A stretch of DNA of 64,000 nt from Planctomycetota bacterium (GTDB taxonomy: Bacteria; Planctomycetota; UBA1135; GCA-002686595): contig JAJDEU010000009.1 of the NCBI GenBank assembly GCA_029259635.1, positions 1 through 64,000 of the forward strand, written 5' to 3'. The translations under genes were made by a program, and so were the position numbers. Numbering within the stretch: position 1 is the first letter of the stretch; each line of letters opens with the position of its first letter. Positions 9,647 to 18,953 of this stretch are shown here, piece after piece. The notes under the pieces are model-generated. The model saw only the letters and a list, made by a program, of their open reading frames with translations, did no database searches and was not told the DNA's origin.

Positions 9647-11962
9647 ATGAAGCTTTATCTGGAATTCGAGGGCCGACCGGTGGATCCTCACGGGATGAGT
9701 CCGGTCTCCGATCCCCCGCTCTGGTCCGACGAGGACCGAGCCCCCGACCTGCCATCGGGGATCCTGATGGGGATTGTCGAGCGCGTGACCTTCCACTCTG
9801 AGGAGTCCCACTACACGGTTCTAAAGCTAGCCGTTGAAAGAGGTTGTGTAGACGAACAAGGCCTGCCGATCGACGTGGGAACGGTCGTCTCCGCGGTCGG
9901 ACATTGGGGCGACCCGACCGACGGAGTTCGCGTGCGGGTGACGGGGAGTTGGGGTAAGCACTCCGCTCACGGGCTCCAGTTTCAGTTCGAGTTGGTCGAG
10001 TTTCTGCCGCCGCTCGGGCGTGCAGGGATCATTAAGTATCTGGCTTCGAAAGCCTTCCGGGGCGTCGGCCCGAAGTTGGCAGCGCGGATCGTCGAGACCT
10101 TGGGGACGGACACACTCGAGATCATCCGCAACGAGCCGGAGCGCTTGGCGACCGTCAAGGGCCTCAAGCGCCAGGTGCGTGAAGACCTCGTCGCCGCGGT
10201 GCGCGCTCAACTCGTTGCCCACCGCGTCAAAGCCTTCCTGCTCGACTGTGGCCTGGGACCCGGTCAATCCGAGCTCGCGCTCAAGAAGCTCGGTTCCGAG
10301 AGCGAACAACGCATTCGCGAAAACCCCTACATCCTCGCCACCGGGATTCCGGGACTCGGTTTTGCGATCGCCGATCGTGTCGCCAGGAAGCTCGGCTTCG
10401 ACTCATCCAGCAGCGAGCGGCTCTGCGCTGGTCTTCGATTCGCACTGGAGCGCGCGTCCAATGACGGCCACTCGCTCCTCGAAAAGAACGCCTTGTTCGA
10501 GCGCACGATCGAGCTTCTCGGTGAAGAGACGTCGGCGGAAGACTTGGCCCTCGCGCTGCAAGAACAACTGCGCATCGGCGAGTTGAAGGTGGAAGCCGAT
10601 CTGCGCGAAGACGCCGAGCTGATTTACTTGCCGCGTTATCAGACCTGCGAGTCTCGACTGGCCGACAACCTCACCGGCCTGATGAAGCGGAAAGAAGTCC
10701 GCGCCCTCGCGACCGAAGCCGAGCTGCTCTTGGCCGAGAAGAGCGCGAAGATCGAGCTCCATCCCACTCAACGCGCCGCCGTCTTGGGTTTGATGAGTTC
10801 GGCCGTTGGCCTGCTGACCGGCGGTCCCGGCGTCGGCAAGACAACCATTGTTCGATTGCTCGTCGAGCTCGCCGAGGGTGCCGGCGCCAAGGTGCTCTTG
10901 GCCTCCCCCACCGGCCGAGCCGCCAAACGTCTCTCCGAAGCCACCGATCGCCCGGCATCCACGATTCATCGCATGCTCGGCTACGACCAGGAGAAACACG
11001 GCTTTCGGCATGACGAAGAAAACCCGCTGACGGCCGACCTCGTCATCATCGACGAGCTCTCCATGCTCGACCTGATTCTCGCTCATCAGCTGGTCAAAGC
11101 CATCGAACCGCCGACGCGCGTGATCTTCATCGGTGACCCGAACCAGCTTCCCGCCGTCGGCGCGGGCGCTGTGCTCTCCGACTTGATCGAGTCCGAGCGC
11201 ATTCCGGTCTGGCGGCTGACGGAAATCTATCGCCAACGCGCGGACAGCAAGATCGTCACGAACGCCTATCGAATTCTCTGCGGCGCGGAACCGGAGTTCC
11301 CCGAAGCCGGAAACGCGACCAGCGACTTCTACTTTTTCCCCGCGCAGGACGACTACTCCACCGCTGACCGAACGGTCGAGGTCGTCACCGAACGCATTCC
11401 GCGCACTTTCGGGCTCGACTGGGTCAACGACGTGCAGGTGCTAGCGCCGATGTATCGCGGCGGCTGCGGCGTTGACGTTCTGAACGCGAAGCTCCGCGAG
11501 GCCCTCGGCAGTGGCGGCGCCGAAGCAAAACGCGGCGACCGAATCTGGCGGACGGGTGACCGTGTCATTCACACGCGCAACGACTACGAGCGCGAGATCT
11601 TCAATGGCGACATGGGGCGCATCTCGCGCATCAACCTCGATAGCAGCGGACTCTTCGTCCAGTTTCCAGGGCGTGAAGTCTTCTACGAGCCTGCGGAGTT
11701 CGGCGACCTCCAGCCCGCCTTCGCGATTACCGTTCATCGTTCGCAAGGCGGTGAGTTTCCGGCGGTCGTCTTCCCGCTCGTCACTTCCCATTACCTCATG
11801 CTCCAGCGCCACCTGCTCTACACCGCAGTTACGCGGGCCAAGCAACTCGTCGTGCTCGTGGGTTCGCGGCGCGCTCTGCAAATGGCGCTGGATAACGCTG
11901 ATCAACGGCATCGCGAGAGCGCACTCGCCGATCGGCTTCGGAAGTTACTCGAGGAGAGCTGA
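9647..11962 (+). CDS. recD2: RecD2-like SF1 ATP-dependent DNA helicase
   Basis: 'GGPGVGKTT', 'SPTGRAAKRL', 'VIIDELSMLD', 'IFIGDPNQLPAVGAG', 'ITVHRSQGGEF'. N-terminal HhH/OB region typical of RecD2. Confidence 0.85.
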   Translation: MKLYLEFEGRPVDPHGMSPVSDPPLWSDEDRAPDLPSGILMGIVERVTFHSEESHYTVLKLAVERGCVDEQGLPIDVGTVVSAVGHWGDPTDGVRVRVTGSWGKHSAHGLQFQFELVEFLPPLGRAGIIKYLASKAFRGVGPKLAARIVETLGTDTLEIIRNEPERLATVKGLKRQVREDLVAAVRAQLVAHRVKAFLLDCGLGPGQSELALKKLGSESEQRIRENPYILATGIPGLGFAIADRVARKLGFDSSSSERLCAGLRFALERASNDGHSLLEKNALFERTIELLGEETSAEDLALALQEQLRIGELKVEADLREDAELIYLPRYQTCESRLADNLTGLMKRKEVRALATEAELLLAEKSAKIELHPTQRAAVLGLMSSAVGLLTGGPGVGKTTIVRLLVELAEGAGAKVLLASPTGRAAKRLSEATDRPASTIHRMLGYDQEKHGFRHDEENPLTADLVIIDELSMLDLILAHQLVKAIEPPTRVIFIGDPNQLPAVGAGAVLSDLIESERIPVWRLTEIYRQRADSKIVTNAYRILCGAEPEFPEAGNATSDFYFFPAQDDYSTADRTVEVVTERIPRTFGLDWVNDVQVLAPMYRGGCGVDVLNAKLREALGSGGAEAKRGDRIWRTGDRVIHTRNDYEREIFNGDMGRISRINLDSSGLFVQFPGREVFYEPAEFGDLQPAFAITVHRSQGGEFPAVVFPLVTSHYLMLQRHLLYTAVTRAKQLVVLVGSRRALQMALDNADQRHRESALADRLRKLLEES

Positions 11963-12091
11963 ACCGCGAATCCTGGGGAACGCCGATCGTCGTCCGCAGT
12001 GAGGAGCAAGCCTCAGCGGAGAGCCCGTTTCGGTCCATCGGAGTGACCGGGTAGAGCCCAACTCTAGCGTGACCGCCCTCGCCAGCAGCCG

Positions 12092-12787
12092 TTAGCCCGG
12101 AACGTAGGGCGACAGAATTTCGCGGCTACAGACGAAGGTCTTGAGCTTGGCGAGCTGGCCGTCAAAATCGGACGTGAGCTCTCGGGAGAACTCCACACCG
12201 AGGTGAACCGATGGACCCTGCATTCGAATGCCACGGATCGTTCCAACGACTCGCACTCCGGATTCCTCGCCGGGTAGCTTCATCGTCGTCGTAACTTTTG
12301 CGCCGTCGGAGTAAGACTCGAAGGCGGTGAAAGGCACTTCAATCGCTGCACCCGAAACGGAAACGTTCGCCAAGTTTGCGGTAATCGTTGCCACGCCCTC
12401 AGACTCGAGCTCGACGGCAATCGGCTCAGCTGGCAGTACGCGCGGAGAGCGCCGGCGGTTGAAGACCGCACGCATCAAGATAGGGATCCGCGAGTTCAGC
12501 TCCTCTAGATTCATGAACTCGAATCCGTAGCGCACGAAGCTGTCGGTCTTGACGCAGTTGCGAATCTTGGCTGTCGTCTCCACCATGACCCCGTTCGGAC
12601 CCTGGAAGACCATCTCCAGCTCGCTGTGAACTTGAAGCTTGGGATCACTTCCGGGCAGGAAGGCGATCGAAGCGCCCGTGGTCGAGATGTCGACCAAACG
12701 CCCCTCCATATCGGCAATGCCTGGAAGGCGCAAAACGCCTCTCAGGTGAAAGCTGCCGGACAGCTCAATGCGATAAACCTGCCTCAT
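12092..12787 (-). CDS. tandem PilZ-domain protein (putative c-di-GMP receptor)
   Basis: Two PilZ signatures: 'RQVYRIE...DISTTGASI' and 'RRRSPRV...NVSVSGAAIE'. Confidence 0.65.
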   Translation of the reverse strand: MRQVYRIELSGSFHLRGVLRLPGIADMEGRLVDISTTGASIAFLPGSDPKLQVHSELEMVFQGPNGVMVETTAKIRNCVKTDSFVRYGFEFMNLEELNSRIPILMRAVFNRRRSPRVLPAEPIAVELESEGVATITANLANVSVSGAAIEVPFTAFESYSDGAKVTTTMKLPGEESGVRVVGTIRGIRMQGPSVHLGVEFSRELTSDFDGQLAKLKTFVCSREILSPYVPG

Positions 12788-12919
12788 GGAGTGAATGGTC
12801 GGGGGGTAACGGGAGCGAGTGGGTGCCTGATCATCGGCCAGCGCTCTCTCAAACTGGAGTCTTCGTCCCTCCCTCGGCCCTCTAGGCTCGGCAAAGCGGC
12901 ACTTTTTGAGGAGTTCGCC

Positions 12920-14374
12920 CTACCACCACCCCAATAGACGCCACCAGAGCAGCCCCACGGGAATCCACACGGCCATATGCAAGAGGGACACGAGAAAGCC
13001 CACCCGGAACCATGTCCCTGCGGAAACGTGGCCGAGCCCGAAGTAAAGGATCACCGGCCCGGTCGAGTAGTTGGTCGTGCAAGCGCACAGGTTGGAGAAC
13101 GCCGCAAAGAGCGGAACGGCCAACATTCCCGGCGCTCCGGCGGCCAGGGCGATCGCGAGAAACACGGAAGCCATCGCCGTGATGTGCGCGGTCAACATGC
13201 TGAACGCGTACATCGAGTAGAAGTAGACGAGCGCGAGGCCGATCAGAGTGATCAGCATGGGGGTTCCGTCAAAGAGGCCGTTCGCACGATTCGCGAAGGC
13301 GTCGATCACTCCGAGGTCTTTGAGCGCGGTGGCCATCGTCAAGAGACCGCCCAACCAAATCAGCGTGTCCCAGGTCGCGGCATCATGGGTCATGCGCTTC
13401 CAAGGTTGAACGTTGGCAATGAGACATGCGCACACTCCGAGCAGCGCGACCATGGTCGTGTCGGGCTTGAGCTCAATACCGACTAGTGGGCCCCAGGCCT
13501 TCAGTGACCAGAGGAAGATCATGCCGGCGAAAATGAAAGCGAGAATTTTCTCGGCGCGTGTCCATGGGCCCAGGCGCTCGAGCTCACTTTGAGCGAGGGC
13601 CTGCGCCGGGCGACCGTCGGTGATGGTTGGGCGAACGAGGAAGTAGAGGAAGAGCGGAAGCAGCGCGAGCGAAACCAATCCGGGCACAATCATCGCGAGT
13701 GCCCAGGTCGTCCAATCGTCCATGGCGACTCCGTAGACCTCGCGTGCCGTCGTCGCGAACAGCGGGTTCGCGGCCATGCCCGTGAGGAACATCGCCGCGG
13801 TGACGAGGTTGCAGTGGGCACCGACTAACGTGAGAAAGGTGCCGGCTTTCTCGGAGGAGACGCCGGGCTCCGAACCGAGAGCTCGCGAGAGTGAATCGCT
13901 GATCGGCGCCAAGATTCCTCCGCCTCGCGCGGTATTCGAGGGCACCAGCGGGCCGAGCAAGAGTTCCGCAGCGGCCTGCGCGTAAGCGACTCCAAGCGTG
14001 GACCGTCCGAATTTGCGAACGAGCATCAGCGCTGCACGTCGGCCGAGCCCAGAATCTCTAACGGCTCCGGCCAGCAGAAAAGCGGAGACCACCAGCCAAA
14101 CGACCTTTTCGCCGTAGCCCGAAAGCGCTTGATCTAGGTCGAGACTCCCGGTTGCCGCACACGCGATCACTCCGAAGAGAACCACGGGCCCCATCGGGAA
14201 GGGCCGCAAGATGAAGGCGGTGATGACAGCGACGAAGATCGCGAGAACTCGCCAGCCTTCGGGTGTCACCGAGGCAGGCGGAGTGAACGCGAGGAAGAGG
14301 GAACCCACTCCAACACAGAGCGCGCTTCTCACTATCCGCTCCGCGCCGCCCAGCTGTTCGTCCTTTGCCGTCAT
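12920..14374 (-). CDS. DASS/SLC13-like anion:Na+ symporter (ArsB/NhaD permease superfamily)
   Basis: 484 aa with about 12 TM segments. Has the 'SNT' hairpin motif 'LVPSNTARGGG'. Exact DASS subfamily uncertain. Confidence 0.6.
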   Translation of the reverse strand: MTAKDEQLGGAERIVRSALCVGVGSLFLAFTPPASVTPEGWRVLAIFVAVITAFILRPFPMGPVVLFGVIACAATGSLDLDQALSGYGEKVVWLVVSAFLLAGAVRDSGLGRRAALMLVRKFGRSTLGVAYAQAAAELLLGPLVPSNTARGGGILAPISDSLSRALGSEPGVSSEKAGTFLTLVGAHCNLVTAAMFLTGMAANPLFATTAREVYGVAMDDWTTWALAMIVPGLVSLALLPLFLYFLVRPTITDGRPAQALAQSELERLGPWTRAEKILAFIFAGMIFLWSLKAWGPLVGIELKPDTTMVALLGVCACLIANVQPWKRMTHDAATWDTLIWLGGLLTMATALKDLGVIDAFANRANGLFDGTPMLITLIGLALVYFYSMYAFSMLTAHITAMASVFLAIALAAGAPGMLAVPLFAAFSNLCACTTNYSTGPVILYFGLGHVSAGTWFRVGFLVSLLHMAVWIPVGLLWWRLLGWW

Positions 14375-14831
14375 GAGAACCTAATGGCTTAGTGTAAATC
14401 TTGTTCTGCCGGAGGGGCAGCGAATGTTCCATCAGATCGGCGCCGCCAACGAACTCGGTCCTACTACTCGCTGAGACCCGCGGGCGCCGAGCAGCGAAGA
14501 GGGCGATGCTCATCGATCTAACGACGTGGGGCACGGTCTGATCAATGAGCGCTTCCGAACTGCCCAACTCTCGACACGCCGCGCGACGATTGACGTGCCT
14601 TCATAGTCTCGTTACATGCGGCAGGTCGCGACGGGTTTCACAACCTTCATACCTCTCGAACTCTCAATAACGACAACAATTAGTGAGCGTGCTTATGCGG
14701 CTCCCATCCCTCGCTCTGCAACGCGCGTTATGGGTTTGCGTTCGGGGTAGAGCGCATCGGCATCCGAGCTCCGCGGTCGGTGGGATTGCCGTTTCATTCA
14801 AGGCCGTAGAACAGAGAAGAAGAGTTGCCCC

Positions 14832-15083
14832 ATGAAGAAACTAAAACGACTGAGCAGAATGCTTGTTGCTGGCGCACTGTCATCGGCTCTCGTAGTTGGA
14901 GCGATGACCGCGACCTCTCCGGCATCCGAGGCACTGGATCCGATTTCGCTCTTGTGTGGCCCTACGATTAAATGGATCTGCCACAAACCTGGCGAACCGA
15001 ACCGCCAGTTCATCGGAACCGTTTGCGAGAGGCGGCAGTTCCACCTCCGCACGGGCTACACCTGCTCGCCGAAGAAGCTCTAG
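14832..15083 (+). CDS. small secreted Cys-containing peptide (83 aa; signal peptide + 4 Cys)
   Basis: N-terminal 'MKKLKRLSRMLVAGALSSALVVGAMTA' has signal-peptide character. Mature part has Cys at CGP, ICH, VCE, TCS. Sits in a 450-bp AT-richer promoter region, 67 bp upstream of a redoxin gene. Confidence 0.4.
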   Translation: MKKLKRLSRMLVAGALSSALVVGAMTATSPASEALDPISLLCGPTIKWICHKPGEPNRQFIGTVCERRQFHLRTGYTCSPKKL

Positions 15084-15150
15084 CTCGAAAACTAGTTCTC
15101 TCTCGTACTCCGCTTACTGATTCGCGTCTATCATCCACCCATCGCGTTCG

Positions 15151-15768
15151 ATGTTGAATAAGAAAGCCGAGGACAAGGAGTCTCGCACAAGTCGGCGATC
15201 CCAGCCGCTTGTCCGATGGCTCGTAATTATCTGTCTAGCGTTCGCAGCGCTGGACATCATGCTCGTCATCCAGAATCGCGAGCTTGCGGCGCAGCTCAAT
15301 ACCTTCGTCGAGGCCGCGGAGAGCGAACAGAGCACCATCGAAGCCACGCTCGTCGGGATGAACTTTCCGTCTGGCCCACTTCGCAACGCTGAAGCTCAGC
15401 CGTTCGATCTCGCGAGTAGCGCCCCCTTCCACGGGACGCTCCTCTTCGTTTCATCGCCCCACTGCGATCTGTGCACCTTGGCCGCGCCCATCTGGAAACA
15501 AGCGGCTGCCGACCTCTCGGACTCCGGACTGCGAATCTATGGCCTGATCCTGGAGACCGCGCTGGGCGACCTCCAGCCGGATTCCTACCCCTATCCCGTG
15601 CTCGCGCCAGAAGACAGCGGAGTCGAGCTCTTCCGACATCTGGAGGGCGTCCCCGCCGCGGTCTTCCTCGATTCGCGCGGGGTGATTCAACGCGTCCTCT
15701 ACGGCGATAATCAGCACGGTCTCTCGGAAGCGGCACTAGAATTCCTTGCTGCCGAGCTCTCCGACTAG
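15151..15768 (+). CDS. membrane-anchored TlpA/thioredoxin-like thiol-disulfide oxidoreductase
   Basis: N-terminal TM helix and a CxxC motif in 'FVSSPHCDLCTLAAPIW', with thioredoxin-fold spacing. Confidence 0.55.
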   Translation: MLNKKAEDKESRTSRRSQPLVRWLVIICLAFAALDIMLVIQNRELAAQLNTFVEAAESEQSTIEATLVGMNFPSGPLRNAEAQPFDLASSAPFHGTLLFVSSPHCDLCTLAAPIWKQAAADLSDSGLRIYGLILETALGDLQPDSYPYPVLAPEDSGVELFRHLEGVPAAVFLDSRGVIQRVLYGDNQHGLSEAALEFLAAELSD

Positions 15769-15805
15769 GGAGCCGCTCCAATCCACGCCAGCAAGATCGG
15801 TACGT

Positions 15806-16378
15806 ATGAGGCTCAAACTCGCTCTCTCCCTTCTCCTCATCAGCCTCCTCATCGGCGGTTGCATCGCCCCCAAAGCGGCGCCGGGATTCCCCTCCTTTGA
15901 CAACCGGCTGCACGCCGACCACGCGCCGACGCCCTACTCCGCGGATCAAATTCGAGAAGCGACTCCGACGGGCTCACAGGTTCGCTTTCTCGTGGGAGCG
16001 CCCGGTGCTCAAGCACTGGGCCAGATCATGACCTTCACCCAACCGACGGCGGAAACCGTCGATGTCCGGGTCGAGATCATGAGTGATGACGGCAAGTCCC
16101 TAGGAGAGCCATCGAGCAACACGATGACGTGGGCATCGCTCCAATCTCATGCCTCTTTTCCGGAGGTGGACACGACGGTCGAGAGGCTAGAGCATGAGAC
16201 GAAGCTCGGAACGTCGGAGTGCTGGCGGTACACCGTGGTGACCGTGGCGAAGAAGGTGCGCACGACGTCCGAGTACTGGTTCGACGTCCAGCGGCCGGGG
16301 CCGCCCATCGAGCTCACTCAAACGCGCGGCGGAGAGATCGTGTTTCGAATGGAGATGATCGAAGACACGCGTCGCTAG
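15806..16378 (+). CDS. hypothetical lipoprotein
   Basis: Lipobox-like 'MRLKLALSLLLISLLIGGC'. Start trimmed to the ATG at 15806. Confidence 0.45.
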   Translation: MRLKLALSLLLISLLIGGCIAPKAAPGFPSFDNRLHADHAPTPYSADQIREATPTGSQVRFLVGAPGAQALGQIMTFTQPTAETVDVRVEIMSDDGKSLGEPSSNTMTWASLQSHASFPEVDTTVERLEHETKLGTSECWRYTVVTVAKKVRTTSEYWFDVQRPGPPIELTQTRGGEIVFRMEMIEDTRR

Positions 16379-17625
16379 CGGCCTTCGGTCAATAAATCGG
16401 CGTAGACGCCGGTGCGCGCGGCGCAATCGCTGACGTGTGCGAAGAGTGTGTTGTGCTCTTCCGAGCGCTTGTCGAGCTCTACCGCGATTCGAGTGACAAC
16501 CTGCTGCATTCGACTGGGAACGAGCCGGATTGAATTTTGTGGAATGCCGAGGCTCGAGGTTAAGAACTCGATGTTGTCGTCAACGGCGATGGCGAGTACG
16601 GGGATGCGCTGGGTGACCGCGAAAGTGATGCCGTGACGCCGCATCGAGAGCAGGAGGTCACACTGCCGGTAGAGAGCGAGCGCTTGCCAGATCGAGAGTT
16701 TTTTCTCGACGGAGAAACAGCTCTCCGACTCCTGCATGAGCGCCGCAACTCGCCGACTCATCCGACGATCATCGAGCTCTTCCAGCCCCGATCCGTCGCT
16801 CGTCATCTGCGGAATAAATAGGATCTCGGCACCGGTCTCGCGCACAACGCCATCGAGCAGTTCGGCGAGCAACTTCTCGGTCCGCTCCTGCCCCTCCGCG
16901 CCGTCGCGCCATGCGTAGCTCCGCACGTTGACCGCTATCTTCTTCCGCTCTGAGCTCGATTCCAATCCGCGCAGCGTCTCCTGCGCGTCTGCGAGCCAAG
17001 CCGCGCCAGAGCGCCGTCCGTACTCAACCTCGTCCAACAAGTACGGCAACCCCAAGGTCGGATCTGGCAACACGTGGATTCGCCCGCCATCGATCCCGAG
17101 CTCGATCAAATTATCGCGCGACTGATTCTCCCGAACGGTCACGATCCCCGCACCTTCCGCGATGAACTTCAGATAGTCGCGAGCAATCCTCGACGTCTCC
17201 GAAGCCACCGTCATGCCGAACAACATGACCGGCGTGTCCAGGAAGTGAGCGAGCGCCATCAACTGCGCGTAGGCGGAGAGCCTGCCGTGCATGAAGCTCC
17301 CGCCGTGATCAAAGAACATGCGACCGCCTCCGAGCACGAGCCAGTCCGCCTCGCGAATAGCATCGGAGATCTGAACGAGATGTTCGCGCGAGTCGCCGCG
17401 ATTGAAGCCATGAAACCAACGTCCCCGCTCTTCACTCTCGGCCGAATCGCAGAGGTCGGGAAGAGTGCGAACGCGGTAGAGCTCTTCGTACTCGCTCGAC
17501 GGATCGCGCGAGAGCACGGTGATCTCGGTCTCCACGCGCTCACTGATGCGTTCGCGCAACACGGCGAGCATGCCCTGATCGCCAAGGTTGGTCGTTCCGT
17601 ACTCGCCGGCCAGGACTAGCTTCAT
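16375..17625 (-). CDS. polysaccharide pyruvyl transferase family protein (CsaB/WcaK-like)
   Basis: N-terminus 'MKLVLAGEYGTTNLGDQGML' matches the PS_pyruv_trans N-terminal GNLGD signature. 416 aa. Confidence 0.6.
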   Translation of the reverse strand: MKLVLAGEYGTTNLGDQGMLAVLRERISERVETEITVLSRDPSSEYEELYRVRTLPDLCDSAESEERGRWFHGFNRGDSREHLVQISDAIREADWLVLGGGRMFFDHGGSFMHGRLSAYAQLMALAHFLDTPVMLFGMTVASETSRIARDYLKFIAEGAGIVTVRENQSRDNLIELGIDGGRIHVLPDPTLGLPYLLDEVEYGRRSGAAWLADAQETLRGLESSSERKKIAVNVRSYAWRDGAEGQERTEKLLAELLDGVVRETGAEILFIPQMTSDGSGLEELDDRRMSRRVAALMQESESCFSVEKKLSIWQALALYRQCDLLLSMRRHGITFAVTQRIPVLAIAVDDNIEFLTSSLGIPQNSIRLVPSRMQQVVTRIAVELDKRSEEHNTLFAHVSDCAARTGVYADLLTEGR

Positions 17626-17797
17626 GGGGTTCGCGTCGGGTGAGGGTTTGGTCTGAGGCGGCGTTCACGGGGCGAAGGACCTTGACCACGGGCTGCTAGA
17701 TCAACATATCGAGGATCACCGCCCAAGAGTTGAGAGCGCGACTCCGATTTCCCCTTCGGCGTCCAAGAGACGACACGCCAGCGGCACCAGCTCCGAA

Positions 17798-18679
17798 CTA
17801 GCGCTCGCCCGCCTCGAGCGCGCTCAAGAGCTCCGCAATCATGCGATTGCACGGCGTGGGAATGCCGTGCTTCTCGCCGAGTCGCACGATCACGCCGTTT
17901 CGCGCCGCCCACTCCATCGGCCTCCCCGCGACTCGATCCGCGTGAATGGAGTTCATCGCGCCGTCCGGCGCGCCGCGCTGGCTGGCCATGACGACCTCGA
18001 CAATCGAGTCATCGATCAGCGCTCCCTCCGCTCGTCCAACGGCGAGACACTCGTGGATGAGCGCGATCATCGCAGCCGCAGCTTGTGCATCCCGCGCGAC
18101 ATTCACCGGACGATTCGTGATCGCGCTCACGGCTCCCGCACAGTTCGTACACAGCTTCGTCCAAGCCGCACTCGTCCAATCATCGGTGAGCGTCACCTCG
18201 ATGCTCGGATCGTCAAAGAGCGCTCGAAAACGCACTCCATTCTCATTGTTCGGCACGGCCATTAAGACATCGCCATGTTGGACAATCTGACCGGCCGCCC
18301 TGTGCTCTGCCGGGCAATCGATCACGACCGGAACGACTCGATCCACATCGAAGAAGGGCGCGAGCGCAGAGACGTGTTCGACTCCGTTCTGCGTCACCGC
18401 GACCACTGTCTTATCGTCGCAGAGACTCTCGAACCACTTCGACGCTTCCGCCACTTGGTAGGTCTTGGTCGCGAGGATTACCCAGTCGACGGGAGTCACA
18501 TGGTCGGGCTCCGTCGCAACCGGGAGTTCGCAATCGAAGGTTCGCTCGGAACTCCTCACGACAAGCTTCCGAAACGGGGTGCGAGCGCAGAGGCTGACCG
18601 CGTGGTTGCTGAAATGATCCAGCCGCGCAGCCAGCGTTCCGCCAATGGCACCGGGGCCAACAATTGCGATGCGCGCCAT
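17798..18679 (-). CDS. panE: 2-dehydropantoate 2-reductase (ketopantoate reductase, ApbA/PanE family)
   Basis: N-terminal Rossmann 'MARIAIVGPGAIGGTLAARL'. Length and C-terminal helical domain fit PanE. Confidence 0.7.
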   Translation of the reverse strand: MARIAIVGPGAIGGTLAARLDHFSNHAVSLCARTPFRKLVVRSSERTFDCELPVATEPDHVTPVDWVILATKTYQVAEASKWFESLCDDKTVVAVTQNGVEHVSALAPFFDVDRVVPVVIDCPAEHRAAGQIVQHGDVLMAVPNNENGVRFRALFDDPSIEVTLTDDWTSAAWTKLCTNCAGAVSAITNRPVNVARDAQAAAAMIALIHECLAVGRAEGALIDDSIVEVVMASQRGAPDGAMNSIHADRVAGRPMEWAARNGVIVRLGEKHGIPTPCNRMIAELLSALEAGER

Positions 18680-18842
18680 ATTTAAGCTCCCGCTTGCGAT
18701 TCTCGGCCTAGCGAAGCCTCGTCGAAACAGCCCTGCTCATCGCACTTCATCTCGACGAGGGCACACAAAGCGTCTCGCGTCGGTCGCAACCGCGCGTCTA
18801 GAGTTCCGCTCATACGGTGACTATAGCGCAACCATGCGATAG

Positions 18843-18886
18843 CCCGCATAAAGAGAAGTCGCGAGCCCGGCACCGGACTCGCGACT
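18843..18886 (-). terminator. putative intrinsic terminator: 9-bp GC stem (agtcgcgag / ctcgcgact), 12-nt loop, then CUUCUCUUUAU on the minus-strand RNA
   Basis: Perfect 9-bp inverted repeat about 68 nt downstream of the 18954..20111 gene stop. Pyrimidine/U-rich tract follows on the transcribed strand. Confidence 0.3.
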
Positions 18887-18953
18887 CGCTCAACTCACCT
18901 TCAGGAAATGCGAACCGCCGAAGAGCCCTCCGCTCTTCATCGAATCGCACGTT

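Noticed and set aside
9542-9811. N-terminal 90 aa of the 161-aa ORF containing S21
   Set aside because: S21 is about 70 aa. The canonical 'MAIKVQVRP' start is internal, and the extension would run into the divergent recD2 promoter.
10403-11236. 277-aa minus-strand ORF
   Set aside because: Antisense within recD2.
15296-15949. 217-aa minus-strand ORF
   Set aside because: Antisense to the TlpA-like and lipoprotein genes. The translation is Arg-rich junk.
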